Assembly: GCA_050084515.1 (NCBI GenBank)
Contig: CM114271.1
Location: 43,400,001 to 43,464,000, forward strand
Reading direction: 5' to 3'
DNA from: Blasia pusilla
Lineage: Eukaryota
DNA: 64,000 nt
Positions 54,940-64,000 of the stretch are shown piece by piece; the stretch's first letter is position 1, and every line of letters begins with the position of its first letter. The notes beneath the pieces are model-generated. The model ran no database searches and was not told the origin of the DNA. It worked only from the letters and a program-made list of their open reading frames with translations. Both the position numbers and the translations under genes were made by a program.

Positions 54940-57900
54940 GAGGTACTCAATACGCATCCTAGCATCTTGTCACATCGTCCATTGAAAAATAGGTCCCCAA
55001 TACTTTCCCCAAATCCTTCGTGGCATACATACATGTCCATGTGTTGAGGTTCAAAGATTCAAATTACCACTCACACCTTGAATTAAAAATCATAAACCCT
55101 AAATAAGGACTTGCATCTTTTGTATTAGCATGGAGGATCAAAGGACAGATCTGAACCGTTCATATTGTGGAAGGATTTAATTGCAAGGTCTGTACCAAGT
55201 TTCAACATCATCGAATGGTTGGAAGAAACGTTAACACCATGTTAACATAAAGCATCCACAAGCATTGGAAAGAATTTTACTCAATGCCCTCTTGCTCCTT
55301 CTTGACACCTCTTTTCCATCCCTCCCCCTGAACCAAGAGTCTAAAAAATAGGAAACGTTTCCCATGAAGGCATCCCAACCCTAGGAACACAAGGAAAAAG
55401 AAAAAACTGCAAGTGACCACTCACACCTTGAGTTAAAAATCATAAGCCCTAAATAAAGACTTGCATTTTTGGTACTAGCATGGATAAGCAAAGTACAGAT
55501 CTGAACCGTTCACATTGTGGAGAGATTTAATTTCAAGAATTATGCCAAGTTTCCACAACATCCAATGGTTAAAACAAAAGTTGATACCATGTTAACATGA
55601 AATTGCCACAAGGACTTTAAAGAATCCTACTCAATGCCTTCTTGCTCTTTCTTGACACCCTCCCCCCTCAACCAGGGGTCTGAAAAACGTGCACCTTTTT
55701 TGAGAGAGGCACTCCAACCCTTGGAACACAGGGCAAAAAAAAAAACTTCAAATGATCATTCCCATCTAGAATTAAAAATTATAAACCCTAAATAAGGTCT
55801 TTCATTTCTGGTATTAGCATGAAGGGCTTAAGGAAAGATTTGAACAATTAAAGATGTGAAGGGAGTTCATTGCAAGGTCTGTGCCAAGTTTCAACACCAT
55901 CCAATGGTTGGAGAAAAAAGTTAACACCATGTTTACATGAAAATGCCATAAGGACTTGAAAGAATCTTACTCAATTCCCATTTCCTCCTTCTTGGCCGAT
56001 CTTTTTCTACCTCCACCCTCAATGAGAGTTCCAAAAATCATTAAAATTTCCCCACGGAGGGAACCCTAACCCGAGAACAAAGAAAAAAAGAAAAAAACTC
56101 CAAATGACCACACACACATATGGATTTAAAAATCATAAACCCTAAAATAGATCTTTCATTTTTTGTTTCATCGTGGGAGGCTAAGTAGAAGATCTGAAGC
56201 GTTGAAGTTATGGAGGAATTTATTTCCTTGGCTTGTGCCATGTTTCAGCACCATCCAATTGTTAGAAGAAGAGTTTGAAGCCATGCTAACATGAAAATGC
56301 CACTAGGACTCGAAAGAATCCTACTTAATGCCCTCTTCCTCCTTCTTGGCCCATCTTTTTCTACCCTCCACTCTCAATGAGAGTTCCAAAAATCATGAAA
56401 CTTGTCCCACAATGGGAATCCTAACCCATGAAAAAATTAAAAAACCCCAAATGACCACATACACATGGATTTAAAAATCATAAACCCTAAAATAGATCTT
56501 TCATTTTTTGTTTCATCATAAAGGCTAAATATAAGATCTGAACCGTTGAAGTTATTGAGGGATTTATGTTCTTGGCTTGTACCACGTTTCAACACCATCC
56601 AATGGTTAGAAGAAGAGTTAAGGCCATGCTAACATGAAAATGCCACTAGGATTCGAAAGAATCCTACTCAATGCCCTCTTCCTCTTTCTTGGCCAATCTT
56701 TTTCTACCCTCCACCCTCAAAGAAGGCTCCCAAAATCATCAAACTTGTCCCACGTTGGAAAATCTAACCCATGAACAAAGAGCAAATTTTTTTTTGCAAA
56801 TGAGCATACTCACATGGATTTAAAAATCATAAACCCTTAAATATGTCTTTGATTTTTAGTTTCATCATGTAGGGCTAAATAGGAGATCTAAACCTTTCAA
56901 GTTTTGAAAGGATTTATTTCCTTGGCTTATACCAAGTTTTAGCACCATCCAATGGTTGGAAGAAGAGTTAAAGCGATGATAACATGACAATGCCACAAGG
57001 ACTCGGAAGAATCCTACTCAATGTCCTCTTCCTCATTCTTGGACCCCTCTTTTTCTACCCTCCACCTTGAAGGAGAGATCTGAAACTCATGACACTCTTC
57101 CTCGGGTGGCACCTCTAACCTAGGAACAAAGGGAAAAAGAAAAAAACTTCAAATGACCACACACACATGGATTTAAAAATTGTAAACCCTAAAACAAGTC
57201 TTTCATTTTTGGCTTCACTACGGGTGCTAACTAGGAGATCAAAACCGTTGAAGTTATGGAGGGATGTAATTTTTTCCTTTGTGCCAAGTTTCAGAACCAT
57301 CCCATGGTTAGACAAATAGTTGAATTCATGCTTACATGATAATGCCAAAAGGACTTGAAAGAATCCTACTCAATGCCCTCTTCCTCCTTTGCCCATCTTT
57401 TTCTACCCTCTACCCTCAAGAAGGGCTCTAAAACTCATGAAACTTATCCCAAGGTGGGAAACCTAAGCCAGGAACAAAGAGAAAAATAAAAACTTTAAAA
57501 GACCACACACCCATTGATTAAAAAATTGTAGACCCTAAAATACGTCTATCATTTTTTCTTTCATCATGGGGGGGGGGCTAACTAGACGATCTGAACCGTT
57601 CAAATTGTGGAGGGATTTATTTTCTTCGCTTGTGCCAAATTTCAGCACCATCTAATGGTTGGAAGAAGAGATAAAGCCGTGATAATATGAAAATGCCACA
57701 AGGACTCAAAAGAATCCTACTAAATGTCCTCTTCCTCCTTCTTGACCCCTCTTTTTCTACATTCCACCTTGAAGGAGGGGTCCAAAAATCACCAAACTTT
57801 TCATTGGATGGCACCTCTAACCTAGGAACAAAGGGAAAAAGAAAAATCTTCAAATGACCACACACACATGGATTTAGAAATCGTAGACCCTACAAAACGT

Positions 57901-59085
57901 CTTTCATTTTTTGTTTCATCATGGAGGCCTAACTAGGAGATCTGAACCATTGAAATTGTGGAAGGATTTATTTTCTTAGCTTGTTCCAAATTTCAGCACC
58001 ATCCAATGGTTGGAAGAAGAGTAAAGGCCATGATAACATAAAAATGCCACAAGGACTCGAAAGAATCCTACTTAATGCCCTCTTCCTCCTTCTTGGCCAT
58101 TTTTTTCTACCCTCCACCCTCAAGGAGAGCTCCAAAAATCATGAAACTTGTCCTTGGATGGCAACCCTAGCACAGGAACAAAGAGCAAAAGAAAAAACAT
58201 CCAAATGACCACACACACATGGATTTAAAAATCATAAACCCTAAATCGGGTCTTTCATTTTTTGTTTCATCATGGGGCGCTAACTAGGAGATCTGAACCG
58301 TTGAAGTGGTGGAGGATTGTAACAAATCAGTTTGTCCTAAGGTTTAGCATCATCCAATGGTCGGACAAAGAGGTAAGGCTTTGCTAACATAAAAATGCCA
58401 AAAGGACTTGAAAGAACCTTACTTAATGTCCTCTTCCTCCTTCTTGACCCCTCTTTTTCTACCCTCCATCCTCAAGGAGGGGTCAAAAGATCATGGAACT
58501 TTTCCCAGGGTGGCATATCTAACCTAGGAATAAAGGGCAAAAGAAAAAACTGCAAGTGACCTCACACGCATGGAATCCTAAACCCTAAAATAAGTCTTTC
58601 ATTTTCGGTTTCATCATGGGGAGGCTAACTAGGACATCTGAACCAATGAAGTTGTGGAGGGATTTATTGCATTGGCTTGTGCCAAGTTTCAGCACCTTCC
58701 AATGGTTGGCGGAAGAGTTAATGCCACGATAACATGAAAATGCCAGAAGGACTCAAAAGAATTCTACTCAATGCCCTCTTCCTCCTTCTTCACTCCTCTT
58801 TTTCTACCCTCCACCATCAACAAGGTGTCCAAAAATCATACACTTTTCCCAGGGTGACACCCATTATCCAAGAACAAAGGGCAAAAGAAAAAACTTCTAA
58901 TGACCACCCACACATGGAATTAAAACTCGTAAACCCTAAAACAAGTCTTTCATTTTTGGTTTCATCATAGATGGCTAAGTAGGAGATCTGAACCGTTGAA
59001 GTTGTGGAGGAATTTAATGCCTTGGCTTGTGCCAAGTTTCAACACCATCCAATGGTTGGAAGAAAAATTAACGCCATGAAAAGAT
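54940..59085. repeat. ~350-bp satellite-like tandem array, ~12 diverged units, subterminal in the CACTA element
   Basis: The anchor (C)ATAAACCCTAAA-like motif recurs at about 55091, 55441, 55780, 56134, 56479, 56828, 57181, 57527, 57882, 58233, 58577 and 58928. CCATCCAATGGTTGG and GAATCCTACTCAATG-like motifs are shared. Confidence 0.95.
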
Positions 59086-59455
59086 AACTACATGAAAATT
59101 GCAAGAATGTTCAAACTTTTTCTAGAGGGGCAACCTACCCAAGGAAGGCAAGGTATATGTGTGTATATATCTATATAAATATATATCAACAAAAATAAAG
59201 AACTCGGTAATATTGGAGCATGAAATCACTTAAACACATTAGTCGTTGTTCATGACTCAGTACTACTAGGCAAATTAAACAAGTGCAACTAGTCTTGACT
59301 AAAGGATATTGATAACTACCTTAGTAATAAACAGATGACTAAGTGAGTTGTGCAAACAGAAATTTGAGGACTAAACCATTTTAGTCATAATTTGAGTAAT
59401 TCTTTCGATGAGTCATTTAAAGCCTAGTCATAAAAACCACACATTTCTTCTAGTG

Positions 59456-60733
59456 TTGCCCAACGGGTTTCTCACCCAAGTTTTCTCGGTACCCGGTCAC
59501 TCACACGGGCTCGAGACATGGGAATGGGTGCGAACAAGGATTAAATAGATGTACGGGCTAAGCGCACTCATCCGGCTTGCATCGAAACCACACATAGCGA
59601 TCACTAAGCCCAAACTCGCCCGCGCAAGGCCCACGCGAGCCTTGCCTAGGCCTATCGTGGACTTGGTGTGGGCTATAGAATGGATGGCAAGAATGGGTGA
59701 CGGATCACTTGATTAGGTGCGGGCTGACCTAGCCCATGTTTGTGGTGTAGGAAGGATGGGTCATGGGAATTCGGGCGCACATGAGCTTGTCCATCCTAGG
59801 GACGTACATCAGTTTGCAAACACAAACTTGATGTGTATATAAACTTGCCTTTAAACTTATTTGATTCTTGACCGCCTCCCTTAATCCGAGCCTGCACTTG
59901 TTCTTGCCTTTCAAGCCCATATGGGCGACTGGGTTCCAAGAAAACCCCAAGCGGGGATTTGTTGGGCATGTTTGTGGATGGAGAAGTTTGTTTCCATACA
60001 ACCTTGTTTGTCATGTGCATGCATATTGCTTCAAAACATACATCGATTTTTTGCACATCGACTATAACTTGAAGTACAAACACACAACATACCATATAAA
60101 CGCATGGCATTCAAACACCACGATGATTGTATTACAAAATATCTACAATAAATCAAACTCACTCGAAAACTCTCACACAAACTCCATCTCTCTCTCTTAT
60201 GTCAAACCAAACCCATTCTCCTAATGATAGGCCAAGGTTGCATAGAAACGAACTTGTTCCCTAAGATGACAAGTCTCTCATCTCTACACATACCACACTC
60301 TAGAAATCTCTCGAAGAGTAGACCATGGTCAAGTTATTCTCCCAAGAGGGATAATCCACTCTCATTGGAAGAGCAAGCAAGCTCAATGCCTCTCAACGCT
60401 TAGCCGATCATATTTTGACACAAATAGATTACCTCTTATCTCTTCCAAAATATCCTCATTTACTCACTTCATATCTTCCAAACTATCCCAACTACCTTAG
60501 CCACCAACCAAGATTACTTTTTTTTTTCTTTTATTAATGCACCAACCCCACTACTTTACTTTACTTTACTAATCCCATGTCTCATTTATTATCTCTTTTT
60601 CTAAAGTTGGGTCCGTATAAAAGAGGTTTGAACATGATTTTTTTTCCTAAGCTAATTTATTTAATACTAATAAAACTCTCTCTTAACTTAATGGGAGAGG
60701 AGTTTACATAGTGGGAAATTTTACTATACGACA
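59456..60733 (-). repeat. gypsy 3' LTR, proximal part
   Basis: On the minus strand, PPT TGGAGGGGATAAA (60734-60746) is immediately followed by TGTCGTATAG at 60733, downstream of the integrase. Confidence 0.7.
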
Positions 60734-63700
60734 TTTATCCCCTCCAAACCTGCACATCGTCTGGTATGTGCCAAAAACATCAAGACTTCTTGCTATCTTA
60801 TTCAGACTTATTTTTGATGTGTCTCTAGATAGATTGATCTGATTTTTCAAAATCAAGAAATCCCTCACATCTACCGAAAATCGTGACAACTTGAGAATTA
60901 TGCCATCTAGCTCTCGTAGTTTATAAGTGGCACTGTAAAAAACAAAAACTATAATATATTGACCAAACCAACGACGTGACATTTTTTTAATGGTACTATG
61001 TTGGTTTTCGAGGCTGTTGTCATGCACCAAGACCCAATCTCCTTCTCTTATAGGCTCCTTCCAAAGTCGATGAGTTTTGTCAAAGCGCTCCTTATTTTTC
61101 AAGCTTGCTTCCTTCATTTTTACTAATGATTGCGCGATATATTCTTGACGCCGCTCTAGCTGTTGCATTCGAAGTGCTAGGAGCTCTTTCCCTCTCGAGC
61201 CCGTCCTCCCATGGCAAACCCATCCAAGTAGGAATATCTTCTTTTGTTGGCATTATTAGCTTTTGATCGACCTTTCATCAACTTTGTAGGCATGAACCCT
61301 GTAACGGTGTTATGAGTGGTTCTATCTGCCCATAAAGAAAATGGAAGGAATCTAGGCTAATCAGTGTAACAATCTCCACACGTCTTTACCAATGCTTGAA
61401 TATTAGCGGATGTCCCCTTCTGCTCTTGCCGTTTGCCTCTGGATTCATGAAGGTTGTTAATCTCAGCTAGATTCCATACCTCTTGAAGAACTCTCGTGCT
61501 TCCTCCGCATTCAACTCACCTCTATCTGCACGGGTTTCTCCGACACTTCCATATGGAGCAACAATGTGTTTTAGAATAAAACGACATATAGGCTCTTTTG
61601 TTTTAGCTCGTAAAGTCCTCCCTTCTACAAAGTTGGACAACTCTTCTCCTGCTAGGACCATGTAATGCATTCCCCAAGGACCTAGTGGCATACCAACTAG
61701 ATCTATAATCCACTAATATGAATAGACAAAGGATACGTGGGTTTAAGTCCATCTCTCACCCTGATTTTTTTATTGAAACTCACATTTAACACATGACACA
61801 ACATATCTCTCAATATCCTTGTACATGCCTTTCCACCAATACCTTATCTTGGTGAAAGTTGCCCAAGTACCTCTATGTTTTGCCCATAAAGAATTGTGGA
61901 AATTCTTTGAGCACTTGCATTTTTGTCCCATTGTCAACCTCTGATGACCCTTTTTTTTGAACATTTTGTAGTTGGGATATTTTTTGGTACAGAAATAGGT
62001 AAAAGTCTTTATGAAGGAAGATTGAAGATTTTGTTGAAGATTGTAAATATGAATAGAGGAAGAGAAATAGTTGGAAGAGTACTTGATAAGGCTAGTCAGT
62101 GAAACTCCATTGAGAAGACAAGGAGATTGGAAGATCAGGGAATTCTTGGAGGAGTGAGAATTGTTGTAAGCGGAGGAAAGGAGAAGGGACAGGGAAGAAG
62201 TAGGAGAGGCGCGGGTACTTCTCAACAAAGACCGCAGTATGGGAAGATGGGGAAAAACTGTTAAATGAAGACTTGTAAAGGACTTCTTCTTTGCAACAGA
62301 AGTTCAAAGGAAGTCTTCGTGCGAAGATTGTGAAGACTACGAAAACTGTAAATAATGAACAGTTGCGGCAGTTTCGGAAGGAGGAAATGAAAGGGCGTCG
62401 GGGTTTAGAAGGAAGTGGACAAGACATCGACCGATTCCACGAAAGTGAAGAGTTAGAGAATCTGAATTGAAGGGGTTAACCGTTAGAAATCTAGAGTAGA
62501 ATAGAAAGAGCTGCCACCTTCTTGAGGTCTCTTTGAGATCTTCGTTGGAACTTTGTTATCCAAGATTCGCAAGAGTCTTTATCTGCACTTGAGAAGAGTC
62601 TTTTCCAAGAGGGAAGAAAATCATTTTGTTCTTTTGTACTAGTGAAGACTCCGTCATTGAAATTAGTGAAATGCCTAGTGAAGAAGGAGTTATTCTTGAC
62701 ATTTCTTATAAAACCTCTCTTTACTCAGGAAACGGTGATCTCTTGGGAACGAACTTAATACTTTGCGATTAAAAGAGTACCTTTTCCTTAAGTTGTACAT
62801 TACACATCCACCATCCTCAAGGGCATTCCATCTCTCCTCTTTGACCTTTTCCAAAGATATCCATCTTATAATAGATAGCCATACGCCTTATGCCGAATCT
62901 CCTTGAAGAACTTGTCTATCCACCCTCCGTCTCTTTGAAGAGTGCTTAAATAGCGCCCAATTTCTTTTAACTTGCCCTCATACAAATTCTCTTTGAAGGC
63001 TAGAACATCCTCTATGCCACTCTGTTCTCGAGATGACACTAGCTTGTCACACATATGCATCATCTTCATCTATCTTTGTTGCCTCCATATCTTTTGCTTG
63101 ACTAAATCTAGCTCTAGACAACATGCTAGCTACTGAGTTCTCTTTCCCAACTATATGCCTCATTTGTGGATTCAAGGACCTTATGTAGGCTATCCAACGT
63201 AACATGGCTATATCTGGAGTTGTACAATTTGCAATCATATCTAACAAAGGTAGACAATCCACCTCAAGCAATACATGAGCTCCATAAGATACTCCTTCTT
63301 AGCTTTCATCACAATCACAACTCCCCAAAGCTCCCTCTTTACTTGAGGATACCTCTTCTGTCGTTCCGTGAGTATACGAGCTCTAAACCTTGTTGCAAAC
63401 CTTCTTCTGTGTGCATCATCTTGCCCAACTACCCACTCGATAGCAATAGGGCTAGTGTCGATTGTGATAATTTTAGGTCTTCCATATTTGTAGCTCACTT
63501 GTTGTAGAACCGGCGGTGACTTCAATGCTTCCTTCAACAACATCGTCGTTGCTCTTTGCTTGTTCTGCCAAGTGAACTTCTTCTTCTTTCTCAACAGCTC
63601 ATACAAAGGATCAGATATATATTCAAAATGCGGAATCCACACTTGAAAAAATACACAAGCTCCTAAAAACCTTCTCATTTACGTGATGTTTTCGCATTCT

Positions 63701-64000
63701 CGTATCCTCCCGATGACATCTACTTTTGTTGGATTTGGTTTTTGACCAAACTCTCCAAAAAGATAACCTACTACCACAATTTGAGGAATCCCAAAGCTTC
63801 ACTTTTCTCCAGAAAGAGTAACATTCATCTCTTCTAATCTTGTTAGGATCATATCCACATCACAAATATGATCAGACACAAATTTTCTACACCCATCTTT
63901 CATAACCCTCTCATATCTATCTTCTATTGCAAATCCTTTTATATGAATATCATCTACAAAAGGGATGGTTTTCTCAAGAATGAACTCTCTCAAGATCTTA
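60734..64000 (-). mobile_element. Ty3/gypsy retrotransposon internal region, decayed pol (RT-RNaseH-INT), 5' part outside the window
   Basis: RT PFVDDI and RRFLGAC; RNaseH DTSP..YPQVKRELWG..DCLP; INT Zn HRG..YWWKGM..CVKC; core RADRGE; GDWVLV..RWFG. Many stops and frameshifts. Confidence 0.9.

Noticed and set aside
54940-59085. Interstitial telomere, CRISPR array or repeated small ORFs
   Set aside because: There is only one AAACCCTA per 350-bp unit, whole units are homologous, and the ORFs are not frame-conserved between units.

Overview
Eukaryotic, plant-type genomic DNA. An axonemal dynein gene together with plant-type TE families suggests a land plant with flagellated sperm, such as a bryophyte, lycophyte or fern. 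Only two host genes are visible. One is the last six exons of an inner-arm-type axonemal dynein heavy chain (+, 13425-17279). The other is an intronless, secreted SMP-30/gluconolactonase-family gene (-, 19986-21125). The rest is mostly nested mobile DNA in three blocks. (1) 1-13.4 kb, probably one large dynein intron, holds a tandem shared-LTR Ty1/copia array with a half-tRNA-iMet PBS, inserted in a second copia, itself inserted in a LINE, plus an inverted solo LTR. (2) 24239-38286 is a 14-kb MULE with 86-bp TIRs and a 10-bp TSD. It carries a decayed transposase, at least three accessory genes, several internal tandem repeats and a strongly over-represented TARCCGCC motif, which I rate the best candidate for an undescribed system (VANDAL/VANC-like anti-silencing hypothesis). 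(3) 39518-59455 is a 20-kb CACTA element with TSD TTG, inserted in a gypsy LTR. It contains a TnpA-like gene, two head-to-tail LINEs joined by (TC)66 and a ~350-bp x 12 satellite-like array. A decayed gypsy pol follows. All calls come from manual reading; no database searches were run.
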